Positions 39,754 to 53,124 are shown, counted from the stretch's first letter. The stretch is DNA of 64,000 bases from Podarcis melisellensis (GCA_964234715.1 OZ174277.1); one strand, 5' to 3'. A program made the numbers and translations. Notes: generated by a model from the letters alone, not told the origin.

Positions 39754-39965
39754 ATTTAAAATGCATCTCTGGGTTATTTGTGGGACCTGCCCAGTGTTTT
39801 TACATGAACAGAATGTGTGCTTTTATTTAAAATGCATCTCTGGGTTATTTGTGGGGCACAGGAATTCACTCTGGGTTGTTGTTTTTTTCAAAATACAGTC
39901 TGGCCCCCCACAAGGTCTGAGGGGCAGTGGACGGGCCCCCTGCTGAAAAGGTTTGCTGACCCCTG
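39754..39965 (-). mobile_element. Truncated copy of the hAT MITE family at 15665-15983
   Basis: Reverse-complement match incl. two ATTTAAAATGCATCTCTGGGTTATTTGTGGG units and terminus TTTGCTGACCCCTG. Confidence 0.85.
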
Positions 39966-42691
39966 TTCTAAAGAATCATTACAAGCCAAATTGGGTAGTG
40001 CCATCTAATTTTTAGAGGCCATTAAATGCTCAAAAGCTAAATTCTATATTTCAGTAGTAGATTTGGTCAACTATTTTCAGCATTCTCCAATACACACAAA
40101 AACTGTAGAACTAGTTGAGTGCTGGAAGTAGATCCAACTAACTGCTCGTCTTTACACATACAGATAGTAGAACAGCCATTGTTGCTTCTTCATCAAAATT
40201 GTCCCTGGTGCAACCTGAAATCTGTTTTGCCCCTAGGTCTTATTATGTCTCTGTAGCATCTCCGGCACTTTGTCCTAAGACTGTTACAGACTGCAGACTT
40301 AGGATCATTTACATCATGTCCAGTTGTTCTCTCCTCCCTCCACTATTGCTGTTTTGCTTAATATCCAACTTTAAAAGTGTTGTGGGGAACTCAAAAGCTT
40401 TCTCACTAGCATCTGGGGCACCAGCTTCTAGCAAAAGTCTGTGTTCACCAGTGTCCCATAGTTAAGTGATGAAGGAGTATTCCCCTTCACTTAATATGCT
40501 AAAAAGATTTCCCAGCAGAATTCAAGAATCCAGACAGCCAGGATGTATCACTTTAAATGGGTGGGTGGGTCACTAAGGAATATGCGGAAGGGTCAGTGAA
40601 GTAATGACCTGTAGCCATAAGTAGTTCTGGATGCTTATACAGCAATTGTGCTAACCACATGATGCTTGGTCTTCAAAAATGATTTTGTAGCCATCACAAT
40701 TTCTAACATGTAACTACTCTTCTGCGGCTTGAAACCACAGCCAATTCAGAATATCCATTAGAAAACATTCCCTTCACCTTCAAACATGTGTAAGAGCAAA
40801 TAAATATAGGGAAGAGTTGGGTGCTTATACAGTATCTCAGTTCTTTCATATCTCAACTCAGTCTTAAACTGAGCAACCTTTAACTTAGAAGGTTCTGAAA
40901 TGGTATACAGAGTATCTCTCATTAAAAGAGCAGTTATCAGTAACAATTTTCCCCTTTCATTGACAACCTCTTAATAGTCGCACAGATGGAGGCTCAAACA
41001 GCAGCATACTCTCCAGATGGTGACTGAGGAGTACAAGGCAAACGGCGACTGTAAAATTGTTCTTCCAAATTTGGCATGTGAACAGGAGCCAAAGAAAAAT
41101 GTTTTCTAAATATGTGGATCTATGCCCAGGTAACAGTTTTACAAAGGTCTACTGTCAGTACAGTTTGTATGCAAGAAATAGATGCTGCCATAGCTTTTCT
41201 GAAATGTGCTTAGAATCACTTAAGGGAGTCCTAATCTGCTAAATTAAAGCACCACTATATATTACACATTGGCATTCCAGTTCTAACCATTTCTGTTTTG
41301 AAGTGCATTATAATTGATGGAAGTTGCTTCCAAACATATATGCTTCAGATCACAGCCTCCTTTGGTAAGCATTTAAGTAGTACTATTTGTTCCTTGTTCG
41401 TTATCTCATCCATGTTTTAAATTTGTGTGTATGTAATAAATGGGCTGCATTCAGCTACCACCTTCTCCCTACATCTATAGACTAACGAACCAAGCTTTGG
41501 AAAAGTGAGTAGTATTCTGATTAAACAAAATGCAGACACTCCCTTGTATATGAACTTTATGCTACCATATCCAGTATCAAAGATGAAACAGCACACCTTT
41601 CTGGCTAAACCCATTATTATAATTAATGCAGGTACCAAAGTGTGTAATTCACAGAAAATGTAGCTAGAGGCTCAGAATTGTACTGCACTGTAAAACCAAC
41701 TTTTCCATTCTATTCCTGGCTTGGCACAACATGAAATGCACTTCAAGTCCTTTTAAAACTATCTTCATATCACTATAAAAATATACCTTGATATTTTCCT
41801 GATTAGCTAAATATGAGCAGATAAATGAACCTTCAAAACAAGCTGGATAATCCTACAGTCTTTAGATATAGTGACAGTTATAGAACATAAAATAAAACAC
41901 TTTCCACTTCACTGTATTGGTTTTTCTGATAAATGTTTTGTAATGTTCTCCAATGATATTTTTATGAGCATTTGATAGATTTTTATAACATAGTTTCAGT
42001 GTAAGTATTTTCTCTATCTAGCTGGTAATTTTTCCTGATCTCATTTAGATAAGAGGTTATTTGTAAAAACTGAAAAGGATAGATTTCGCTAACTTTTCTG
42101 CAGCTTGCTCAAATGTTTTTATCCAGTTCAGATCTGATAACAATCCATTTTCTTTTGCAATTTGGAAATTTCCTAAATCAAACTTTTCCTCTCCAATTAC
42201 AGTTGTTGTAGATGGTATCTCAGGCGCTAACCTTCACTCAAGCTTACCTCATACTGCTAAACATATACTCACTACAGAGCTTAATAATATCTCCCTTTCC
42301 TACCTCGCGCTCACAACAATCCTGGAAGGCAGGTTAGGCTGAGAGAAAATGACAGACTGAAAGTCACTCAGTAAACTTTATGCTCTGAATAACATTAGAA
42401 GGACTGCTATTTAACAAAAAAAGGTCACTGTACACACCCAGTTGAACTACTAAAGAGCAACATTATGCCTAAGAAAAAATAAACAAAGCAAATTGCTACC
42501 ACTGATCCAGATAAACCCTCCCAACCTTGCAGAAACATCTCAGGGATACTTCTGATCTACAGTGCCTTTCTATAGCCTCACTTTGGGATACACACAGGTA
42601 AAAAACTAAATGCTGTCCAGGAGACATGTCTTCTGGCAGTTTTTGTTTTTAATGTAAAGCAGCTATAGAGACTTGCATGTTTTAATTGCTT

Positions 42692-43068
42692 AAAGGTAAA
42701 GGTGAAGGGATCCCTGACAGTTAAGTCCAGTCGCCAACGACTCTGTGGTTGGGGCACTCATCTCACTTTACAGGCCGAAGGAGCCAGCATTTGTCCACTC
42801 CGCAGACAGTTTTTCCGGGTCATGTGGCCAGCATGACTAAGCTGCTTCTGGCACAGCGGAACACCAACATCAGAGCAGCACACGGAAATGCCATTTAGCT
42901 TGCCGCCGGAGCAGTACCTTTTAATCTACTTGCACTTTTTGGTGTGCTTTCAAACTGCTAGGTTGGCATCAGCTGGGACCGAGCAATGGGAACTCACACC
43001 GCGCGGGGATCAGAACCGCTGACCTTCTGATTGGCAAGCCCAAGGCTCAGTGGTTTAGACCACAGCGC
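42692..43068 (-). mobile_element. Sauria-type SINE
   Basis: Begins with reverse-complement (ACCTTT)n tail AAAGGTAAAGGT; body matches 8289-8654. Confidence 0.88.
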
Positions 43069-43101
43069 TTAGGAGAATATATTTAAGCATCCCTATATTA
43101 A

Positions 43102-43343
43102 CTGCCAACCTAGCAGTTCAAAAGCACATCAAGTGCAAACAGATAAATAGGTACTGCTCCGGTGGGAAGGTAAATGGCGTTTCCATGCACTGCCCTAGTT
43201 CGCCAGAAGCAGCTTAGTCATGACCCGGAAGCTGTCTGTGGACAAACATCAGCTCCCTCAGCCAGTAAAGCGAGTTGAGCACCGCAACCCCAGAGTTGTC
43301 TGCAACTGTACTTAACTGTCAGGGGTCCTTTACCTTTACTTTT
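43102..43343 (+). mobile_element. Sauria-type SINE, 5'-truncated
   Basis: CTGCCAACCTAGCAGTTC...GGGGTCCTTTACCTTTACTTT tail. Confidence 0.88.
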
Positions 43344-46300
43344 ATAATAAGTTTCCTATACTGCTCTACTGCACTTTACGGGAAGAAAGGCTGCCTAAAC
43401 CTTTTCTCCCAAATACTATTTTTCTGCAAACAACAATCCCTCTCAACAAAAATCCCTCGCAAAGCTACTGGCTTTTCCATGGGGTCATGGGTATCTTTCC
43501 CCTGGATGGTAGAAAGAGGAGCTTGGGGATTTTGAGTGTAAAATTACCAGGTAAGGAAAAGGTGAAGGACTACACACATACACTCCTGCTCCTATCTGAG
43601 AAGTAAAACATAGTAACAGATTTCCAAAAAATTACAATAGATGTACTGTAGTTATAAATTACCTCAGGGGCGGGGGACAGGGAACTATTTTGAGCACCAT
43701 ATTTTGCAGATTGCCTTTTCACACTGATGGGTATATTTCCTCAAGCAAAATCCATGTAGCTCTCATAAATTTAGTTGCCTGGGTCAAGCCTGCTCAACAG
43801 GCTGTGCCTGCTTCTAAGACTAAATGCATATTTCCAATAAAAACAAAGCACTGCAGGAAGTAGTAATAACAATTCAATATGTGGCATTCTTTATCTCTGT
43901 CTGAGGTAAGCCACAGAATATGACAACAATAAAATGGCAGGGGCATTATGTTTAGGGAACAGTCTTACCACCTATTAGCAATCCTGTCCACAGCATTCAA
44001 GCCAAGTTCTCATTCAGAGTTCTTCCCTATAAGCAGTAGTAATCTATATTACTTTCCTTGAAGGAAAGCCAGGGTGATGATTCTGTAGCAAATGCAATGG
44101 CTATGAGGAAATTTCAAGCACAGCTAAATATGGAATGTTTCCTGCAGGAACGTTCTGCAAATTACCGTACATCAATTCAAGAGATTCATGTATTCTCAAA
44201 TACACTTTTGGGCCTCTTGCTCGGAAGCCATTCTAATCATTCCAACATAAGAAGCAGATCAGTGTTTCCAAAGAAATGGTATATTCCTCCATTATAAATT
44301 ATTGCAGGCAGGGAAGGCCCAAGTATGCAACAAAGCTCCCATACACCAATGGATGTGATGGGCAACACTCAGGATATGCAGCTATGTTTTCAATGGCCTA
44401 TTTTAAACTAGTGCCCTAATGTTAACACATATCTCTTAACAGGTTGTATTTCTTTCCCCAAATATTATGAGGATATTAGTTTTTTATCTGTGTATCTAAG
44501 ATTTAGTTTCCCTTATGCTAGTATGTTTTTATGACGAGAGCTTGAAATTGCCTCTTACTTTTATTTTGAACAGTGTTTTTACTACTGAATATTTTAACAT
44601 TCTTTTGTTAATGAACAGGTAACTAATGGCTGCTTTCTATGCAGTAAAGAAATCCTGATTTAACGCCTTGGCAACAACCTTCCACTTCTGGCAGTGGAAG
44701 TACATTCAGCGTGCTTCCAGAGGAATGTGCAAATGCTCTTTTCTTGAGTATTCTGCAAACCATAAGGTGCTCGAGGGATTAATTCAACAAGCACACAGAT
44801 CTCTTTTGTATACAGATTACACTCTAGATCTACTTTTCCTCTGCTTCTTTTGTGGTTAAATAATAAACCAGTCTTGTTTGATCATTCACTTTAATAGCTG
44901 GGTCTGCACTGAAAAACAAATTGTGGACCCTCATACAACAAAGTCTGGATGTTAAAATTCAAAAGTGCACCATTAATCAAGATATAACTGATTTAGAAAA
45001 TTGGTGGGCATCCTAAATAAAGTTTATCCTTTCCAATATGTTTCTCTCCTGCACCTTCTCTCTTGCACAAATTTATTGGTTGTAAAAATAAAGAATTCCT
45101 TGTCTGGATAATCATAAATGGAAACCTGGTTAAGCATTTTATAGCTTTTTTTATTTGGTTTAGAAAATTCGCAATTCCATGTCTGTCCCATAATGCTTAT
45201 GCACAGTGGAGGGGGAGGGACATCACTATTAGCAGGGGGAGAATCAGTGGACAAATGTATTTGCTGAAGTAACATGTACTGTCACTCTATGAATCTGTAA
45301 GGAAAAGAGTAAAGCAATTCCAGCCCTTATATTATGCCATGCAAACATATAGGAATAAAGTATATTTCCTGAAAGAATACAGCATCAGTTCCCACTTTTT
45401 GCTTATGACACTTTGGAGCTCCTGTCTCCAATGAAAGCTTTGCCCAGCCTGGAAGTACTTAAAACAAAAGGCATCTTGGAGCAACCATCCCTAACTTGGA
45501 AAGTGGTCTGTGGTCACATTGGTCAGTAAATGTGACCACAGAATCTTTTATTGCCTATATTAAGGGCCAAGCCTCTGCCTTAGACCACACACTTCTTACA
45601 AGCAGTTTTACCACTCACAAAAGGGTGGTTAAGACGGATAGTAATTAATCCATCTCAATAAAGCATCTCCTTCCCAGATGTAGGCTTCCCTAAGATCTTA
45701 GCAGTGGGCCACTACTAGAGCACAGTGCTCAGAAATATTTGATCTTGGGCGCAATATCTCATTCTTACAGCTACATGAAACAACAAGGTCAGCAAAAATG
45801 AGTTAAGCTTACAAAAAAGTGTAGGTCTGAGAGATGAAAACAACTCTCAGGTTACATGCCTGATTGACAGGAATTAAATGAAGCAAAAAGATCAGTACAT
45901 AAGTCAAGAATTTTATTTGCATAGTTAATTCTGATAGAGAATTTGGGATATGTACTTAAGAGTTAGAATTTTGGATCCTAAGAAAACATAGCCTCAGGAT
46001 TATGATAAACATGACAGCCTTGAGATAGGGATAATCACCAAGCACTTGTAAGGTGATGGTGGTGGTGGGTGATTTCAAACAAAAAAACATCCCCCCCTAC
46101 CCAGGCAAGCACCCCACTTCTACACTTGTGCTTGCAGGCACTCCTTCAACTCCCTTTCCCTCACTTTACAAGTGTTAGAAGTACCTGCTGGCAGAATATC
46201 ACTTCTAATAGTAAACACAAAGTCTTGTGCTAGCAGGTTTGCAGTAAAAAAAAAAGGGAAGTGAGAAACAAGAGCAAGGAATTAACAACATTGTAGCATC

Positions 46301-49300
46301 AATGTTATTGTATTGATTTTTTTAAATGTATTTGTGTCACTCTTGTTTTAGTTGGAAGTTAGACAACATATAAATTTAATAAATAATAATGTTTGGGGGA
46401 TTTTTGAAACCACCAAAAAGGGCTGAGTTACCATCACCCCAAATCAGTCTACGGGGGACTAAGCATGTTCAGACTTTAGGAACGTTGACTGTCACTTTGA
46501 AAAGAAAAATAGAGAAATGTGGGGGGTAGAGAGAGTGAATTGGCAATCTTTAGTGTCCTGGAGGAAGGTGTGGCTGATTGGCTGGAACAGGAGCTCTGAA
46601 TTCTTACAGGGGTGTGAAAATACATTGCAAAGGAATTTTTGTTGCATATCACATGCTACTTCTGAAGGTAAAAAGACAAATTGTGCAATCTAGGGAATAT
46701 AAGGCACATCTTATCAATGCATGTAGTTCACATTTGGAATTCTCCAATTTCAAGAGAATTTATTTACTGGTAATTTCATCTGGATTTTTCCCAAAATGTT
46801 ACTTTCCCAATTCAAACAATTTCTTTGTTGCGTACTGTATAAAAATCTGACTTCATTACTCTCATTTGATGTATCTTTCTAAAGTACATCTGGAAGGTAC
46901 TGATCTCCTCCTATACCCTCAGGGACTCTCTTGAAGTTCCTTCAGTTAACATAAAAGCTAGTGTCAAAATTGTATAAAAAAGACTTTTAAAGACATTAAT
47001 TAATATACAGATAAAATTGCATGGCCAACTTATGAAACATTCACTGAGCAGTCATAAGCTGCAATTAATATGAAACATGTCTCTGCACTTCTGCTGCTTA
47101 AGTACAACATAATACAAGATCAAAGGAAAACAGGTCAAAGGGAAACATCAATAAATTTCAGCTCTTTTTCTATCTTTTTCACTTTCTTTAATTTCAGGGT
47201 AGGAGAATCAAGCTGGCAGCTCATTCTCAAAGTTCAAAATGAAAGTCTGCTTTCAATACTTATCTTATTACATTAACTAAATTAAAAAACACACCCTGTC
47301 AATACAAGTATTAGAGTTTGACACATCACTGACAACTTTCACAGGCTGCAGTACACTAGCAGGGACAATCACAGCCTCCCACTCTATAATATATAAGCAG
47401 CTTTAGAAGACACCCCCTCCACACACACACACAATATCTATACAGGAACTCCATTAATATGATTGAATATGAAGGAGCTGGGATGTTTTATTTCGGACTG
47501 AGCATAATAGTATAATAATAATAATCCTGCTGGCTCTCTTATTGCTGTGTCTGTAACACTAACCTTTTTGATTAAGTGAATAGCTGAAAAGATGAAGGGT
47601 GCAGTCCTGTGACCCTGAATGCATAGAAGAGTGTGCTGGGCTTCCCGATAGAAGCCAGTAGCTGCCATAATAATGGGGCATGCAATATAGCATCCAGTCC
47701 CTATACTCCAGGACAAAGTCTCATGCACCTCCCTTGGGAATATCCAGTATCTTGTTCTTCATGACTCCAGATGTGGCTCTGTTCCCATTTTTCCAGGAGT
47801 AGCCTGGACAGCAAAGAAGTTCAAAATGCCCCAGAAGAAGCGATAAAGACCTTCACTTGGGGATTACAATGTGGCTACAATGCTATATGAAACAGAAATG
47901 TTAAATCAACCTGGCAATAACCCAGGAAGGCTATTTAAAAGCTTCTATGGGGTGTCTCCATATGACCGTTTGTGCATCCAGGGCCTGCAGTAGTATACCC
48001 TTCACTTTTTTCTTTATTATACCAATCAAAACAGCTTATAATGAAACAGCTTATAATAAAATGATACATTAGGAGATCTACTGCAAATCCAAAATACAAT
48101 CCACACCAATTTATCAACTATGCCTTTTAACTAAACTTTTCTCTCCGCAACACACACACACAACCATATTTGAAGAGACAGGAACTTGACTAGTTTGGCC
48201 CTTAGTCCTCATGTGTCCATTTTGGCACGGTAAATAGTTGCTTTCATTCCATCAGAATGCTTTTCTACAACATTCATTGTTGATGTTATATTAAAATGAT
48301 ATGGCAAAATCCCCCAGTGATTATGATTCTATGTAACAGAAGATTTGGCAACGACTTCTGGTGAAAATTGTGGAGTAACATGCAGATGCTGACTACATAA
48401 AGGAGAAATTGTGCAACCATGGTATAGAGACTATTAAAAAGCTTCTTGCTACCCCAAGATCCCAGATATTAGATAGGTTTATGAAATATGTTTCCTCAAA
48501 TTATTTGGCAACATGTATGATTTCACATCAAGCACCTATGAGGGGAAGCAGAGCATAATATCAGTTGATTAAACAGAAGTTAGCAATACTGTGTAAAGTT
48601 TCATTTCCCTAGTTTTTTTCAGAAATAGTTCATTAATGCACAACCAGCAAAGAGGATGACCTATGGAGCTACTATGCACAGTAGGTTTCACTACATTCCT
48701 TTGTCTCACACAGCCTTGAGGATGTGTCATGTGATAGAAGACGGCAAACATGTCATGGAGGAGTAAGATTGCTACACATCAAAAAATGAAAAAGCTGAGT
48801 TCACTAGTTGCTAGTTTGCTATTGGGAACAAATCTCCTGATTGAGTAGAGTGGAAAGGTCCACATATTTTGGCTGGGATTAGTAGTCAACCATTTCTAGT
48901 AGCCAGTTAACCATTGATTCTAGAAGTAAATGAGTCTCAAGCCCCATTTCTTTTGTACCTACTATCCAATGAGGAGATTAAGGTTGGCAGGTTGAGTCCT
49001 TGTTACTGTTCACAGTAGTAGCTCTCTATTGGTCTTTGAAAACCAAGCAGACAGCTCTCAGTGTTATTGGCATTATTATAGCAGTTTATTACTGGCTTAG
49101 TTACTGAATGTTTTGAACATTAATCTGCTATTCAAAAATGTATTTATTATAGAACCTAGCAATGGAAAACCTTTTTAACAAAAATGCCGAAGCAGACCAA
49201 AGCAAACAATTTTGAAAGTACAACTGTAATAGAATCCAATCCCACTCAACTCTGCCCATCTCTGAATCCAAAGGGAAGGGGAGCAACATGCACTCTCCCA

Positions 49301-51537
49301 TTTCTACCTCCTCCACACTGCAGGCAAGCTACTGTTTATCTACAACCCAATTTAAGATAAACTTCTGATCAACCTAAATCCAAGCACTTTACTGTAACCA
49401 AGTTGTGGATTAGCCAACAAAACAGGCAAGCAGCTTCTTGATCTTTTATCAACAAATCCAAATCATATTCCTCATGAACAATTACATACAACATACGTTC
49501 AGGTAATTATTATTGTGGTCAGAACTATCTAAGACAAGAAGCTTGGAATTACAAGGAGCGAGTACTAGCTGTTAGTGAACTAACTCTGCATTAGGATGCC
49601 TCTCGTACTTGATTTCACAACTTCTGTGGCATCTCAGGCTTGTAGAGCCAGGACAGCAGTTCTCTTTGCAATGTATCTGCAGGTTGATCCTCTGCATGTT
49701 TATTCAGAAATAAGTCTCACTGAGTTCAGTGAGTCTAATTCCTAAGTAAATGTGCATAGGGCTGCAGTTCTAGTAAAAGGAATTTGCTCAGCAACAAATA
49801 AGCATTCTGACACACCTCTAGTCCTATGTAGAATGTGGGTGGAGTTCTAGATACTGTACGAGGAAAAGTAAAGCATTGTGGAAGCTTGGATAGAGAATAT
49901 CCAAATTTGGATGTGCATTTAGATTCACATCCTATCTGCACCCACAGTTCCTGATCTAACAAGTGATATGTAGTAGAAGCCTACACTTGATGACTCTTCT
50001 TATCTGAATTGGGGTGAGAATGTGAAGGCCACCAATTCAGTCTCCAAATTGTTCACTTGTCTTTATCCTGTTTTTCAGTGCTGATATTTCCTGATTATGA
50101 GTATTTTACAAGGATTTTGGTTTTAAAGCAGGTCAAAATATGAAGTGCTGGAACTGAGACCTAAATGGTTGGATTCAGAGTCGGATAAATATTTCTTAAT
50201 TCTTAATAATCTTCATATTTTCAAACATTAACCTAAATCCAACCTTTATAAGTTTTAAATACAAGGGGTTGTCTCCAAAGCAGTGCCTTCAGTGCAGTGG
50301 CACCTCTATTTCCAATTCTTCCATCCCCCCCAACCCAACAATCATTAAAGGGGTCCCCAACCCTCTGGATCTGATTTTAGGGGCACACAAAGGGCTGCGG
50401 CAGAGAGAAGAGGGTGGAAAAGTTCTGCTAGTACACAGCCATTGTGCTAGAAAAATAGGAGCATTGGATACTGCCCAAGTTACCTTAAATATTTTGTACC
50501 GTTCAGAATTCTTTAAACTTTACATTAAAAAAAACCCCATACATCCCAATTAAATTAGTAGCATCTTAATACATGAACTATTTATAATTAATGGATCTAA
50601 ACTTATACTCCAGGTACGCCACTTACGTTTCACTAAGTTAAATAAGTTTTGAAATCAATGTTTTGGATCAGGACATAAGTCATACATCCATCCATTTATG
50701 ATATAATTCGTTTTCCTCCTCCTTCACACCCTCCTGTTTAAAAAGTAAACTGTAACAATAAATTGCAATGCTTTCAGTAGAATATAGTGCTGATATGGAA
50801 CTTGCATTTGTACAAAAAGGTAAAAGAAGAGACTTTAAACGTAAAGGAAACTTGAGACAAAACTACTTACATATTTCAAACATAAACAACATAAAACATA
50901 AAATGCAAAGAGATTCCATCTCAAATCTTAAGCCTCTTTGCTTTAATCATAATCATAAGGATTTTCAACAGAATCATAAAAATTTTCAACAGACCAGAAT
51001 ACATAGCTGTCAACTTTTCCCTTTTCTTGCGCGGAATCCTATTCGGAATAAGGGAATTTCCCTTTAAAAAAGGGGAAACGTTGACAGCTATGCCAGAACG
51101 CACTACTCCTTTTGCTGTGTTTAACTGAGCTTGTGCCTTCGCTGACTATGCCTAAGAATGAAGACAGGGACAAAAGAGAGTGGCCTGAAGTATGAAGTCT
51201 CTGGACTACAGGAGTCCTAACACTGCTGAGCATGAAGTTTTAGGGGAAGACTGACACCAGCTTCCCAGAGGGTATGTACAAAACAGCATTGGTTCATACC
51301 AGTTCCTCCTTGCCACAAGACTCATTATTAAGGCATCCAAGGGGAATGGAAAGTGATTACTCATAATGCCAGATCAGAGATAAAAATGCCAAGATTCTGG
51401 CATGGGTAAAAAGGGGTGGCGGAAGGAGGACAGAAAGAGACTGTCCTACAAAACTGAAGGAAAGGTGACAGACGCCAGGGCTGCAAAGGTACTAAAAATA
51501 CAAAGATGCACAGAGTCAGCAGTCTGGTGCCTTTTAC

Positions 51538-51645
51538 CTGTGCTGAGAAGGTAGCTGCTGGTGTCGCTGGAGGTGGGGACTGGCTCTCTTCTTCCTCCGG
51601 AGAATCATCCAGGAGAACTTTGCCGCTCTTGTTGAGTTTCCACAT
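51538..51645 (-). CDS. TDRP: TDRP first coding segment (exon spans 51538-51747)
   Basis: MWKLNKSGKVLLDDSPEEEESQSPPPATPAATFSAQ|gtaaaa; matches TDRP N-terminus (MWKL...VLLD..PEEE). Strong acceptor TCTTTCTTTTCTTCTACTCTCAG| at 51748; in-frame TAA upstream fixes this ATG as the start. Confidence 0.95.
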
Positions 51646-52422
51646 TATTAGAGGGTGGCGAGGAGGAGAAGAGAGGGATGTGGGGAGGGGGAGGGGAGGG
51701 GAGGAGGAAGAGGTGTAGCGGACAGGCGACTCCGGTCTTATTTATTCCTGAGAGTAGAAGAAAAGAAAGAGGGTTAATTTTTTTTTTTAAAAAAAGGAGA
51801 TGACTTTGCTCTTCAGCTCAACAAGCCCTTCCTGAGAGAAAATGAGCTTTCACAGAGACACATGGCCCAGTGAAGGGGATCCCAATGTGAGATAGACATG
51901 GGTAGGCGCAACAAACGGGCTTGCAAGGTGCAAGGAAGTGGGGGAACACAACCCCTTCCCTGTGCAGGCAATGCACCCCACTAAAAAACCCCACACACCA
52001 TCAGACCTCCCCTGCCTCACAGTTCACGGCCCCCACCTTAAGAATACTGGGGGCCCAAGTTTGATCCCCTCAAGCAAGAAGTGCAGCAACCTCCCCAATG
52101 TGGCTGTGGTGTGAGCAGGAGGGAGTGTGCACTCTGTACATACTCAGGGGGAGCCGAAACAAAACGCGTTTTACGTGGTGAGGTCCGGAAGGAGCCCCGA
52201 TGTCGGAATGAGGGGTTTGGAGGAGGCACCAAATGTGGGGCTGAGTCCTGACCCCCCCCCCCCACGGCCACGCCTCCCCTTCCTCCTCTCCGGTGGGGAG
52301 GAGAGGCGGTAGGAGCTCCTCAGCCTGAGAGGGGAGAGGATGGAAGGGAAGGAAGAAGAAAGGAGGAGAAGGCCTGGCCGGGGCTGCCTTGCCACCTCAA
52401 TTCCCCGCCCCGCTCGCCTCAC

Positions 52423-52600
52423 CTGTGACCTTCCTTCGCGGCCGTGGCCGTCCCAGCCGCCAGCAGCACCGCAGCTGCAGCAGCAGCAGCAGCGCGGAGC
52501 CTCCGAGCGGCCGCTGCCATGTCTGCGGCTGACTGGGCGGCGCGAGGGGAGCGAGAGCCGTTGGGGTGGCGGGCGCGCGAGGGGAAAGGAGGGAGGGCGC
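52423..52600 (-). other. TDRP: TDRP first (5' leader) exon carrying a uORF; 5' end approximate
   Basis: Consensus donor CAG|GTGAGG at 52423/52422 inside the CpG island; needed to feed the acceptor at 51747. Confidence 0.7.
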
Positions 52601-52617
52601 TCGAGCGGGCTTGCCTG

Positions 52618-52631
52618 GTCGCCATGGTAAC
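52618..52631. promoter_or_regulatory. RFX X-box motif
   Basis: GTCGCCATGGTAAC fits the palindromic consensus GTNRCCATGGYAAC. Confidence 0.7.
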
Positions 52632-52753
52632 CGCTGGGCCTTGTGGAAGGAGGTGAAGCCTGCCTGATAACCGGAGCTGGTCCTCCTCCTGCCCGTGTGT
52701 TTAAATATATATTTAAAGTCGACGCATCATCTTTTTTTCCCCACACACCCTGG

Positions 52754-52902
52754 CATAGGCGCCAACTCCTAGGGCCCGAGGTTCCTTTTGTCCTCGTCAA
52801 AGTTGATAGCCATTGCCGTTCAAATGGTGCGCGTAACTGTGATCCATTATGTAGGGTGGCGTTTACCGTGCCCCCCATATTTTACTCAAGTTGGCACCCC
52901 TG
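52754..52902. mobile_element. hAT MITE
   Basis: TIR CATAGGCGCCAACT / AGTTGGCACCCCTG; degenerate TSD CACCCTGG / CACCCCTT. Confidence 0.7.
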
Positions 52903-52928
52903 CACCCCTTTCCTCCCTCATACACACA

Positions 52929-53124
52929 CAGGGGTGCCAACTTGAATGGAATAGTGGGGGTGGGGGTAGGCAGGTCAGCGCCGCCTTGCCTAATCAATCA
53001 CATGACAGGGCACACACGCAATGGAATGCCCATCAAAAGAAAAATGGGGGGGGGGGTGGAGGTGGGACCCAGCCCCCTCAAATATTTTATTAGCCCCTTC
53101 AGTCCCTAGGAGTTGCCTCTTATG
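52929..53124. mobile_element. hAT MITE, same family, inverted relative to its neighbour
   Basis: TIR CAGGGGTGCCAACT / AGTTGCCTCTTATG; TSD TACACACA / CACACACA. Confidence 0.7.

Larger units (their letters stand above)
52250..52700. promoter_or_regulatory. CpG island / TDRP promoter
   Basis: Very high GC and CpG density against an AT-rich, CpG-depleted background; GC boxes (CCCCGCCCC, GGGCGG). Confidence 0.85.

Noticed and set aside
44600-45294. Strong - strand acceptor at 45294 followed by coding-looking sequence
   Set aside because: TDRP frame stops after 16 codons, no matching donor found, no recognisable protein in any frame.
52171-52878. 235-aa ORF and other overlapping ORFs over the CpG island
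   Set aside because: Low-complexity R/P/G/S composition expected from stop-poor GC-rich DNA; starts inside a MITE.
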